From Octopus vulgaris (Eukaryota), in NCBI GenBank assembly GCA_951406725.2, contig OX597829.1, forward strand, positions 37,944,001-38,008,000: a stretch of DNA of 64,000 bases, written 5' to 3'. The notes beneath the pieces were generated by a model. That model did not search any database. It was not told where the DNA came from and saw nothing but the letters and a program-made list of their open reading frames with translations. Below, piece by piece: positions 27,198 through 39,457 of the stretch. The translations under genes and the position numbers were made by a program. Positions within the stretch are counted from its first letter, which is position 1. Each line of letters opens with the position of its first letter.

Positions 27198-28340
27198 CCG
27201 CCTTATTTCTGGGGTGCAGTTATCATCTCGATTTATTTTGGAGTCAAGGAAGATGAAATCATCAACCACTTCAATCGTTTCATTATCGATCTTGATGCTG
27301 ATGTTTGTTGTGGCTGCTGTTGACATGATCTTTGTTTTCTTGACATTGAGGTACAGCCCAAATTTCTCACTCTCTTTCTTGACTAGCAGGATAAGATTCT
27401 CTAGATCCTTATTATTTTCTACCAGCAGGGTTGTATCATCTGCATAGCGAAAGTTATTAATATTTCTTCCTCCAATCCTCACTCCAATGCTGCTATCCTC
27501 CAGGCCCGCATTCCTCATGACCTTTTCAGCGTACATGTTGAAGGCTGCTGGTGACAGGATGCAACCTTGCCGAGTGCCTTTTCCAATCTCAAACCAATCA
27601 GTGTCGCCATATGGTGTCCGTACTGTAGCCTCTTGGTTTCGATAGAGTGATCTAATAAGCAGGACAAGGTGTAAAGGTGTTCCCATTTCCTCCAAACATT
27701 TCCATAACTTGTCATGATCAATGCTGTCAAAGGCTTTGGAGTAATCGATGAAACATGTACAGCTTCTTTTGGTATTCTCTTGCCTTTTCCATAATCTACC
27801 GTAGGTTAGCGATGTGATCGCAGGTGCTTCTTCCCTTTCTAAAACCAGCTTGCACCTCTGGCAACTCTCTCTCAATAGTTGTATTCAGGCGCTTCTGGAT
27901 GATTTTAGGGAGAATTTTGCTTACATGGGGGATCAGGGTGATGGTACGGTAGTTTGCACAGTCCTTGGTGTCTATTTTCTTTGGTATTGGGATGAAAAAT
28001 GACCTCTTCCATTCCCTTGGCCACTTACAGGTTCTCCATATTCGTTGGCAAAGCGATGTTAGTGTTTTTGTTGGTATTGGCTTGAGTAATTCTAGTGGAA
28101 TGCCATCAGTACCTGGGGCTTTTCGGTTGGCCAGCTGTTTCATTGCCCATACCACCTCATCCTCCGGGATGTCTGGCTCCAGTTCCAGTGGCTTCTCTTC
28201 TGCCTGCTCATCAAGGTTCTTCCCTGCATACAACTGTTCAGTGTACTCTTTCCATCTTTTTCTGATCCCTTCTTGGTCATGCAGTTCTTCACCATTTCTC
28301 CTACGGATGGTTGCTTCTCTGGCCATGAATGCTGTACGGG
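27198..28340 (-). mobile_element. RTE/BovB-like reverse transcriptase fragment (frameshifted)
   Basis: KAPGTDGIP, NYRTITLI, QAGFRKGRST, FIDYSKAFD, GTRQGCILSP, RYADD. Confidence 0.92.
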
Positions 28341-28794
28341 TTTTCTTTACATCTACTATAGGCACAAGACCTGAAACTTGGAGGAGGGGATAGGTGATTA
28401 CATTGGCCCAAATACTTAACCCCAAAAGGATGAATGGCAAAGTTGACTCCAAAAGGATAAAAAGGCAAAAATCAACCTCGGTGAAATTTGAACTCAGAAC
28501 ATAAAGACAGATGAAATACTGCTAAGCATTTCACCCGGTGTGCTAACAATTCTGCCAGCTCACTGCCTTCGCTCAATAATAATAATGGTCACCACCACCA
28601 CCACCACCACATTCGTCATTATACACCCATATGATATGAGAAAAAAGAATTCATTTTTATAATTTAGACTTACATTTTACTTTTGCTGTTGAAATTTTAA
28701 AACAATAATCTTTACACCATTTACAAATACCATATACAGGTCTTTCAGCCACCTCAGCATGATCATTCATACAATGATAATAAATAATGTAATC

Positions 28795-28800
28795 TTTATT
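28795..28800 (-). terminator. Candidate PIK3R4 polyadenylation signal AATAAA
   Basis: TTTATT on + strand, about 50 nt after the stop codon. Confidence 0.4.
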
Positions 28801-28850
28801 GAACTGTTCATGTTTTTTAGGTTTTTTTTTCCTTTCCTTTTTTTTTTTTT

Positions 28851-29052
28851 TTACTTCCATACTTTAACAACGCCATCATACGAAGCAGTAACAACTAGAT
28901 ATTGCGATGTGTAGCACATGTTTACGTCATTGATAATGTCTTTGTGGCCAGGTGAAGGTGTTTTAGGGTATCTGCCAGGCATGTCATCAGTGGGACCAGG
29001 TTTGGTAACACAGGATTCTATGATAACTTCTGTTCCATCAACAAGTCGGGAG
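28851..29052 (-). CDS. PIK3R4: PIK3R4 terminal coding exon (SRLVDGTEV...GVVKVWK*)
   Basis: TAG acceptor, TAA stop at 28851-28853; C-terminus matches VPS15 ...DGIVKVWK. Confidence 0.95.
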
Positions 29053-29092
29053 CTAGAGATAGAAAATAAATGGTTGAAATAACTGTGTATTT

Positions 29093-29278
29093 GCGGAGAT
29101 GTACTTGCATAGCAAGTGACCTGATCTGAGATCGTGTGCTGGAATAAAAACAATTGCAGCGTGGAAGGTGTTTATAAGCCATTTAAGAAACAAACAAAAA
29201 CCCGTTAGATTCACTTCAACATTTAAATTTAATTTGTCAAAATATTTTCGGCGCTTTGAGACCATGACCTGTTTATTT
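29093..29278 (-). mobile_element. Copy of the 49.1-49.4 kb hammerhead element (core decayed)
   Basis: Near-identical to 49238-49418. Confidence 0.8.
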
Positions 29279-31660
29279 GGTTTCACAAATAAAATGATGC
29301 AAACTATATTAATTCCTGCTATAATTGAGCATATGTAAGTATATCTATGTATGTAACTGAAACACTCTCAGCTCTCACCATCAACTGGAAATCATGTTTC
29401 CAACAAAGAACTGCATGCATGCTCACATCAGCCCACAACCTCCTACCTCATAGCTATCTATCGCATGCACTGGTACACATATGTCCTCCATCTCCCACTG
29501 GATCATCCTACCAGGGCTTTACTCTCATTCAATGCAGCAGCTATGGGCTAGGAGAGACCTTGTGGCAGGCCCCACATCAGATGGCAGGATGTGATTGGAG
29601 AATATCTCCAAAAGCTCAACATCACCTTGGAGGATGTAGAGAGGTTGGCATAGGATTGCCAGCAACAGAGAACACTGGTGGACCTGGTTGGCTCTATACA
29701 TGATGATGCTTCTGGGACTGGTAACTTGGAATGACCATCCCACCCAGCCCCATCAAGCAAGAGCATGAAGCTAAGAAGCCAAATAAATCATATCACTGTT
29801 CTGAAGTAATGAAATAGAAGTAACTCTTACCTCACCCTGCCTCTTATACTAACGATTTCTCTTAAAAAAGAGAGAGAGAGAAATAATGGTTTGCCTGTTG
29901 TAGTGCTGAGGAAGTTGACTTCAGTATATGTCAGCAGGTTTCTGTGTTCAACAAAGAGCTTTCTCATGCTTTCTTACCAGCTAGAAATATCAACCAAATC
30001 CCACCCTACATCTTCAACAAAAGATATATATATATATGTCTTTACTGCCCACATGGGGCTAAACATAGAGGGGACAAACAAGGACAGACAAACGGATTAA
30101 GTCAATTACATTGACCCCAGTGCGAAACTGGTACTTAGTTTATCGACCCCGAAAGGATGAAAGACAAAGTCGACCTCGGCGGAATTTGAACTCAGAACGT
30201 AATGGCAGACGAAATACGGCTACGCATTTCGCCCGGCGTGCTAACGTTTCTGCCAGCTCGCCGCCATTCAACAAAAGATATAGTGGACAATGCAGTTCCT
30301 CATACACAAAAGCATGAGATGGTTGTCACTTTCATTATAAGACTGTCTGATCAGGGCTGATCTGATCTGGGGCTAAAGAACAACAACAACAACTACCACC
30401 ACCAAGTTTACTTTGAGTCAACAACTGCTGTCTGGTTCCTCAAGATGCTCAAATCACACATGTTGTCACATCATTCTTCACCACCACTATACTTGCCTCT
30501 GATCCTCATAAGATCCCTAATTGCAGGCCACCACTGACAGACTTATCTCTCTCCTCCTCATACTCTTCTTCATACTGTGTCTTCACCCCAGGGTCCCCAC
30601 ATTACTCCTTAAATTCACTCCTTCCTCTTCGGGTCATCAGCTCTCTGGAATTCCCTTTCCAGCTACGTTTTTGCCTGCAGCCATCTACTTGCATATGTTC
30701 AAAGTGATCATCAGGGGCACCACTTTCACCATTTGAGGAAGGCTTGCAAAGGCTATGGCAGCAGACCATTCGTCTTGATTAAACGATATAAAAAAACGAA
30801 AATTACACAAGAAAATAAAGCTGTGACCATCATGCCGTTTATTCACACCCAATGTTAAGTAGTTGGTGAATGAGCAGGGATAACATGGGGTGACAGGATA
30901 ACCTGTTCAACCCATACTAACATGATAAAGCAAATGTAAAACGGTGATGATAACCGTATTTATAATTACAGTTCTGAATTCTGAAACCCCCTTTGGTCAT
31001 GACACAGACCATTGGACTGCACCAAGAAAGTTACTCTTGGAGTGGTTGGCATTAGGAAGAGCATCCAGCTGTAGAAACTCTGCCAGATCAAGACTGGAGC
31101 CTGGTGCAGCCATCTGGTTCGCCAGCCCACAGTCAAACCGTCCAACCCATGCTAGCATGGAAAGCGGACGTTAAACAATGATGAACTGTGAAGTTAAATT
31201 TCATGGCTATTCCAGAAATGATGCTAACTCTTTAGCATTTAAACTAAGCATATCTGGCACAAATATTCTACCAATTATATGATCCAATCAGCCAGATGTA
31301 GCCGTTCACATCTATCATACTAAGTGAAAAATAATATCAAAAACCTCAAGCTATTAGATAATGCATGATTAATCCCAAACGATGTGAATGAATAAGCATT
31401 ACATTTGACAGAGAAATCTGAATGGTAAAGGGTTAAATACCTACAAAAAAAAAAAGAAAGAAAGGAATTGGTTAATTTGACATATTCCAACAAAAACAGT
31501 TTCAAACCTGACATCCCTCAACAAAAAATAGACTGGTCTATAAAACTGCTTTCTGCAGTTGTCAAGGCTAATGAGATTTTAAGTGGATATACATCTGCTT
31601 TCCAAAGTGAAAGGGTAAAATAAATAAATAAAAATGCCAGTTTTTTTTTTAAATACTTAC

Positions 31661-31836
31661 ACATAGTTTGTAGTCATTTGTTGTGGCACATCAGTTGCTG
31701 CACCCACCATAATGAAAGAATTGTTAGGAGAGTTCAAATCCCAGAATCGAACACGCATGTCTGATCCTCCGGTTATCATAAACACACTATTATCAGTGGC
31801 AGCGATGTACATTCCGTAAACTGATTCATCACTTGA
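31661..31836 (-). CDS. PIK3R4: PIK3R4 exon (SSDESVYGMY...GGSDMRVRFWDL...TNY)
   Basis: 176 nt, CAG/GTAAGT. Confidence 0.94.
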
Positions 31837-33154
31837 CTGTTATAAAGAAAATAAAAAAAGATAAATTTCAGAAATAGTATGATCACAACTTTAGGGATAT
31901 TCTCATAATAAAATTCTGGACATTCTATTGATAGCCAATCATCATCATCATCATCGTTTAACGTCCGTTTTCCATGCTAGCATGGGTTGGACGGTTCAAC
32001 TGGGGTCTGGGATGCCCTTCCTAACACCAACCGCTCCGTGAGTGTAGTGGGTGCTTTTTTCGTGCCACTGGCACAGGTGCCAGACAAGGCTGGCAACAGC
32101 CACAATCGGATGGTGCTTTTTACGTGCCACTGGCATGGAGGCCAGTCGGGGCGGCGCTGGCAACAGCCACGTTCGGATGGTTCTCTTACGTGCCACCGGC
32201 ACTGGTATCACGGCTACGAATTAAGTGATACAAAAGCGATGAAGTTCCCGACTAAAATGCATGTGGTTATAGGTTCAAACCTGACCAGTACGGTGATGGC
32301 ATAGATGTAGGATTCCTTGTATTAATAACTGTTAAGCACTTTGTAGTGAGACTTATTGCAAAACCCATAATAGTAACACACACACAATTCCTTGTGTGAT
32401 AAGTTTGTGTACTTATTTCCACAAATCCTGCACTAAACGAAGGATTCAATATTGGATGCAGAATTATAATAATTGTTGTCATCATTTAACGTCCATCTTC
32501 CACACTGACATGGATTGACAAGATCCATTGAGTTGGAGAGTTGTACTAAGCCGCTCCAATGATTGAATGACTGTGCTAATGCCAACCATCTTAAGGAATC
32601 TATTGGGTATTTTTCCATGACTGACACATTATTTATTATTAATCACAGTGACTATTTAATTTATGGTTTCACTGATATCAGCTTCTCAAAGGACAATGTT
32701 TGGTAAAATGAAATTGCCTTTATATATAGTCACAAGTGGTTTAGGGAAGTGGCTGAGACCATGGGTTAAAATAATAAGCAAAATCAAAGAGGGACAGAAA
32801 GGGAGGTAAGCAATGGTTATATTTTCTCACTCGCGTCCTTGTTTACTACTTCAACCCACCACCTCTTCCCTGCACCAGTTATTAGTAAATATAAGAAAAA
32901 TTCCATCTTACCAAACCCTGTTTAGAAGTCAATAATTGGTAGTAAACAATTGCTATGATGATTATTCGCACATTCACATACAATTGAAAGAAGCCCATTG
33001 TATATATACATGTATATATGTATGTGTGTGTGTTTGTTTAACAACTGATGTTGGTGTGTTTATATTAAACATTACTAAACTCTAGGTGCAAGACTATATA
33101 ATACAGTGGTAGAAGAAAGAGTTATAATGTTATGCTGCTGGTGTTCTTACGTAC

Positions 33155-33312
33155 ATCTCTGTGAGATAGAGCAGGGGAATTACTAGCCCAGAGGGCCTTC
33201 TGTCTGGCTCCGGTCTCCACCTCCCACATTGACACTTCATTGTTACCCTGAACTGCAGAGAGTACCCAAGACTGCTGCTGTGGATGCATCATAACACGGC
33301 GTATCCAAACAT
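33155..33312 (-). CDS. PIK3R4: PIK3R4 exon ([10 protein letters not shown]...[12 protein letters not shown])
   Basis: 158 nt, CAG/GTACGT; donor chosen by phase. Confidence 0.92.
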
Positions 33313-33525
33313 CTGTAAAGAAAGGACATAATAAAAAAACAACTTGATAGACACGGAGTATAGTGACTACGACATAAGAAAAGTACCTGAAGACTGTGGT
33401 TTCGAATTCCCTTGTTCTACATTCCTGACAATTAACATCTGTTAATTCCCCTCTGGGCAAATATCTTTATAGGTTGACAAATGCCTTGTGAGTGAAGTTG
33501 ATAGACAGAAGCTGAGAAGAAGCTC

Positions 33526-33561
<36 letters not shown>

Positions 33562-33639
33562 AGTGTGTTTGTATGTGCATGCGTGCATATACATGTGTGT
33601 ATGAATATCATTGCATATACCTACATTAACAAATCTGAC

Positions 33640-33868
33640 GTAACCCTTTAGCATCCAGATTATTCTGTCTAATGGATCATTTATTTATCATTATTGTTTT
33701 GAATTAATCATGCATTATCTTGTAGCTTTGAAATTTTTATGAGGTAACTATTAAATTTTAGAATGATATTGTAGAATAGGTGTGAGGGGCCACATCTGGC
33801 CAGTTTGAACATAAAACAGGGGAGAATATTTTGGCCGGATGTGGCCGGCTTAAATGCTAAAGGGTTAA
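33640..33868. mobile_element. piggyBac-like TTAA MITE (copies 31224-31436, 35444-35672, 59627-59856)
   Basis: TTAA-CCCTTTAGCA...TGCTAAAGGG-TTAA termini. Confidence 0.8.
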
Positions 33869-34026
33869 AGGAGTATCTTTGTTTACAATTTCTGGTTAGT
33901 AAAAAGTCCCTAGTTTCAAGTTTTAATGAATCAGCTAAGAGGAAATGAATCCAGGCATGGAAAATCTGCCTCAATGTTTCATCTAACCAAAGCTAGCATA
34001 GAAAAATGAACATAAAATCAAACAAG

Positions 34027-34059
<33 letters not shown>

Positions 34060-35850
34060 CTTTCACATTTTTGAAGACTGTTATTTACCTGTGTATTCTA
34101 TCCTGCAACAGAAATGTGCATAAATGGAATCTACAGTGCATATTTTGGATGCAGGAAAGAAAATGTAAGTGAACAGTGCCGATATATCTGTATGGGATTC
34201 ATCATCATCATCGTTTAACATCCGCTTTCCATGCTATCATGGGTTGGACGATTTGACTGAGGACTGGCGAACCAGATGGCTGCACCAGGCTTCAATCTTG
34301 ATTCGGCAGAGTTACTTCAGTTGTATGCCCTTCCTAACGCCAACCACTCCAAGAGTGTAGTGGGTGCTTTTTATGTGCCAGTCAGGTGGTACTGGCAACG
34401 GCCACGCCCAAATGGTGTTTTTTTATATGTGCCACTTGCACACTGGCACAAGTGCCAGTAAGGCGATGCTGGTAATGATCACACTCGAATGGTGCTTTTT
34501 ACGTGCCACCGGCACAGACACCAGTTATCCGCTCTGGCAACAATCACGCTTGGATGGTGCTCTTAGTGTTCCACTTGCACGGTATTTTGTAATTATGTGA
34601 TTATTGAGAGTTTATTCCAGAATGTGACAGCCTGGGCAAATGTATTCTGTCATGACACTGGGTTGTTTCCAAACCTTATCAGTAACAATGTATAAAATGT
34701 CACATTAACTACTTTTTCTTGAGATGTTGGAACCATTGCATGGTGTTAAACTGTGGCTTTAGCAAAGGTTACACAATTGCAAGTATTCAGATAGACTTAA
34801 TAGTATCAAGATCCTCTACTTCTTGAATGAGCTGTTTTCTATGAATTGTGGCTCATTCAGACCCACCCGCTTCTCCCACAACTCCAAGACCTGAATGGTC
34901 ATAGGAAAAGATCTTGACATGAGCATTTCTGAACTTCCTCTTTTGACTAAGACATAATAAAAAAAGTCCGTAAAAAGTAAATTAAAAAAAACCCCTAGGA
35001 CATATAATTCTTTGCAATTAATTTTTAATGAGTTGTATACATAATAATGTGGAGGCACGTGGCCTAGTGATTAGAGCAGCGGACTCGTGGTCGAGGGATT
35101 GCGGGTTCAAATCTCAGACTGGGCGATGTGTGTGTTTATGATTGAAACACCTAATATCCACGTGGCTCCGGCAGAAGGTAATGGCAAACTTCTGTTGACT
35201 CTTTTGTCACAACTTTCTCTCACTCTTTTCTCCTGCATCTTGCAGCTCACCTGCAACAGACCAGCGTCCAGTCCAGGTGGGGAACCTATACGTCAAGGAA
35301 ACCAGGAAACTGGCCCTTATGAGCCAGACATGGCTCGAGAAGGAACAAACATATATAACAATGGATGTGTATGTGTGTGGTATGTGGAGGTTTGGGTATT
35401 GTATTTTCTGGCATACAAATCGGTGTTATTAACATGTAAACTTTTAACCCTTTAGCATTCTGATTTCTCTGTCAACTGTAACCCTTTATATAATCACATT
35501 GATTTGAATTAGTCATGTATTACCTTGTGGCTTCAAGATTTCAGTAGTGTGTTTGTATATTTTTAGAATGACATTGTAGGGTAAGTATGAGAGGTTGAAT
35601 CAGGTTAGTTTTAAGATAAAATAGGTAAAAAATTTGGGTTGGATATGGCTGGATTAAATGCTAAAGGATTAAACTTCATTCCTATCTTTCCAAATCCTGC
35701 TGCATTCCACACAAAATTTTTGGTTCTCCAAAGTTGTCTTGGTGTATATGACAACCTACCTTTCCCTGTTTGAAAAGTTTGAATTGTACACTGGAAAAAG
35801 CACTAAAGATTTTTAAATATGTACATTTAAATAAAGGTAAACTTGCTCAC

Positions 35851-35976
35851 CTGCAGGATGTTTGATAGTAGCAATTGGTAGATGGAATCTCATATCCCAA
35901 CAGATATGAGCACCATTACTGGTACCAGTTGCCAACCAGCATTGTGATTGATGGATAGCAAATGACGTTATTAATC
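35851..35976 (-). CDS. PIK3R4: PIK3R4 exon (LITSFAIHQSQCWL...WDMRFHLPIATIKHPA)
   Basis: 126 nt, AAG/GTGAGC. Confidence 0.95.
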
Positions 35977-36089
35977 CTTTGAAATAAACAAAAAAAACAG
36001 GCATATGTAAGTGTTTGTGCGCATGTATATATTATATAGAAGAATTATTGAAAATTTGAGGTGGGTGGAATACTAACAGTCACCTTCTA

Positions 36090-36775
36090 CATCATCATCA
36101 TCATCATCGGTTAACGTCCGTTTTCCATGCTAGCATGGGTTGGACGGTTCGACCGGGGTCTGGGAAGCCAGGAGGCTGTACCAGGCTCCAGTCTGATCTG
36201 GCAGTGTTTCTACAGCTGGATGCCCTTCCTAATGCCAACCACTCTGTGAGTGTAGTGGGTGTTTTTACGTGCCAGGGTTGGCTGGCAATGGCCACGAACG
36301 GTTGGTGCCTTTTATGTGCCACTGGCACGGAAGCCAGTCAAGGCGGCGCTGGCATCGGCCATGTACAGAGGGTGTTTTTTACGTGCCAGGGTAGGCTGGC
36401 AACGTCCACGAACGGTTGGTGCTTTTTACGTACCACCGGCACAGAAGCCAGTTAAGGCGGCGCTGGCATCGGCCATGTACAGATGGTGTTTTTTACGTGT
36501 CAGGGTAGGCTGGCAACGGCCACGAATGGTTGGTGCTTTTTACGTACCACCGGCTAAGAAGCCAGTCAAGGTAGCACTGGCATCGGCCACGTACGGATGG
36601 TGCATTTTACATGCCACCGGCACAGGTATCGCAACTACAATTTCCATTTGATTTTTTTATGCTGACATACTTGACTCAATAGGTCTCCTCAAGCACAGCA
36701 GGTCGCCCTACGATCCAAGGCACTTTGGAAGGGCTGGGGCTTCTATGTGAAGCTGGTGCAGGAAACAGCCATGAA
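36090..36775 (-). mobile_element. RTE 3' UTR/tail repeat with about 60-bp tandem units (over 20 truncated copies in the window, e.g. 31938, 34200, 44755, 46430, 58300, 63505)
   Basis: Units GTGGCACGTAAAAAGCACC; end GGAAAGCGGACGTTAAACGATGATGAT. Confidence 0.85.
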
Positions 36776-38117
36776 CTCACTTCAACATGAAAAAAAAAAC
36801 CCCCCAGTTAAGTGAGCGTTTATATCAGGCATGAACAACCTTTTTCAAGAAGCGAGTTGAATGAGATATGGCTCATTATCAGATGGGCTACGCAACTAAA
36901 AAAAAATTATTCATGTGTTATTTTCCTCAGAAAATTAGGTGTGTCATTAAGAATGTTCCACGGGCTGCATTTTGCCCGTGACTGGTTTATATAATGTAGT
37001 GAGTGAGACAAAAGACAAAATATTTTATTTATAAAAGTTCTTGATTCATTACAAGCACTGAATTAACTGCTTCATTCATTGAACAATATATCTGCATATG
37101 TGGGTGTATTTAGAGATATGTGTATATATATATATTTATCTAAGTATGTGCTTCTGTGTACGTGTGTATTAAGAGATATTTGTGTGTGCGTGTGTATATT
37201 TAAACATACATATGTAGTCAGCCACAAATCCTTATCATCATTTAACATCCACTTTCTATGCTGGCATGGGTTAGATGATTTGACTGGAAATGGTAAGCCA
37301 GAGAGCTGCACAAAATTCCAATCTGATTTTGGCTTGGTTTCTATGGCTGAATGTTCTTCCTAATGCCACTCACTCCAAGAGTGTTATGGGTAGCCTTTAT
37401 GTGTCACCAGCATCAGAGATTTTATGCATCACTGGCGTAGGGCATTGTGCATATTATTTAGATGTGTGTATCTGTATTAATTAAATAAGTCTACTTGTAA
37501 ATCATTTAGAGATATACACACGTGTATTATTTAGATGAGTGTGTGTGTGTGTATATATTACTTAGATCTGTGTGACTACACTTATGGAGTGGTTGGCGTT
37601 AGGAAGGGCATCCAGCTGTAGAAACACTGCCAGATCAGACTGGTGCCTGGTGCAGCCTCCTTCCCAGACCCCGGTCAAACCGTCCAACCCATGCTAGCAT
37701 GGAAAACGGACGTTAAGCGATGATGATGATGATGACGTGTATATTTACATGAATATGTATGTCTTATTTAGACATACTAAAATAGAGCTGTCTTTGAGCA
37801 TTCAATTTTTATGAAATACTGAATGTTATAACAAACTGATTGTAGTTGTTAAGAAATATTTAATTTGATAACATTCAAATTAAGGTCAAACACCATAAAT
37901 ATAATGCCAAATCTACCAATAATCTTTAGTGACCTTCATTGTTTGATGCTAATGCCCTTGGTTCATTAACTCTGAAATCATCATCATCATCGTTTAACGT
38001 CTGTTTTCCGCGCTAGCACGGGGATTAACATTATATAATTTTATCACCAATTAAACATTTCCTATATAACATTATCATTGTGTATCATTATGTACCACAT
38101 ACCATTATGTAACATTA

Positions 38118-39267
38118 TCTGTATCTATAAAAGGCATGATGTGTGTGTGTGTGTAGTACGTGATTGTAATTTATGCACATCCACAAATTAGCACACATGT
38201 CGCTCCAATTTTAGGAGGACATTCATCAACAACCTACCTGGGTTTTGTCAACTTATTTTTCCCTGAGGCAAAAATCTATTTTCAGCCATAGCTTTTACCA
38301 ATTTTGAAGGTTGCTAACATGAGTTAAGTCCCTTCTAGCCATAGCCAAGCAAAAGTGTATGTGTGAGGGAGAGAGAGAAGTTGTGTGTTGATGTATGTAT
38401 GTGTGTGTGAGGGAGAGAGAGTGTTTCACAACGTCTAACAAAAAAAGTAAAGAAAAAGTGTGTAAGGAAGAGTGGGAGATAGTGTAACAGCGTCTGACAA
38501 AAAAAAAAACAAGGTAAAAGGGTTTGACAGCAATTAAACAAAACAAAAAGGTAATGACAAAGTGAGATGGAGAAAGAGAGGGAGAGTTTCTCAGCATTCA
38601 TAAAAAATAAAATGTAAAATGTTTTGTTTTTTCTTAAACATGAGATACAGTGTTCAAATTTAGGATGTTTTTGAAAGACACTATATTTTATAATCAGATT
38701 AAATATACTTTCTCACACAACAATTACAATATATTTATTTTAAATCATTCATTTATTTTAAATTGTTAATCTTCTCCCCTCTCTCTCTCACACACACATT
38801 ACTTTGGGTGCGAAAGATTTTTTATTTTACGCCCAATGAAAATGTGTTTTGTTGAGAATCCATATATTTAACAACAAAGAAGTAGGTAACAGTTTGTCAG
38901 TGAATTACACAATATAAATGGGTAAGATTTCCAAGGCTTCCACCACACCCCATTCCGTTTTACGGACCACAAAAAGGGTTTTGTAGCATATTAGGAGGCC
39001 AGAGTAGTTGATTCCATGCAAAAAAAACGATTTTTAAAAAAAATGAAAATCGTGCGAGTGTTGATTTACAAATTTATCAACATTTTTTCCATTCATTTCT
39101 GTTTATGAACATGTATGTGTGCAAAAAACATATGCAATATATATAAACCAATTTCAACGGATTTTGCCCAAATTTGACGTCGATATTACTTAGTTTGGTT
39201 TGAAATAAAACTCGATTAGCTTAATAATCGTAACTTAATCCCGGGCAAGGCAGGGTTATACTGCTAG
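38118..39267 (+). mobile_element. Non-autonomous Helitron
   Basis: A|TC start, hairpin CCCGGGCAAGGCAGGG, CTAG|T end. Confidence 0.7.
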
Positions 39268-39352
39268 TTATCTTATATGACAGGATAAAGATATTTTATC
39301 AATTCAGACCATGTGATGTGATGCATTTATTCACAAAGGTTTTAAAACTTAC

Positions 39353-39457
39353 CAGTTTTGTATTCATTTTTCAAATTCCAAGCAATGTCAGGCATACGTG
39401 TGTCCCACCCAATAATATTACCATTCACTGTAGCATAAGCTAGCACAGACTTAGAAC
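39353..39457 (-). CDS. PIK3R4: PIK3R4 exon (SKSVLAYATVNGNIIGWDTR...EYKT)
   Basis: 105 nt, TAG/GTAAGT. Confidence 0.94.

Noticed and set aside
28806-28852. A-rich tract right after the PIK3R4 stop suggesting a retrocopy
   Set aside because: The gene has introns, so this is a genomic 3' UTR tract.
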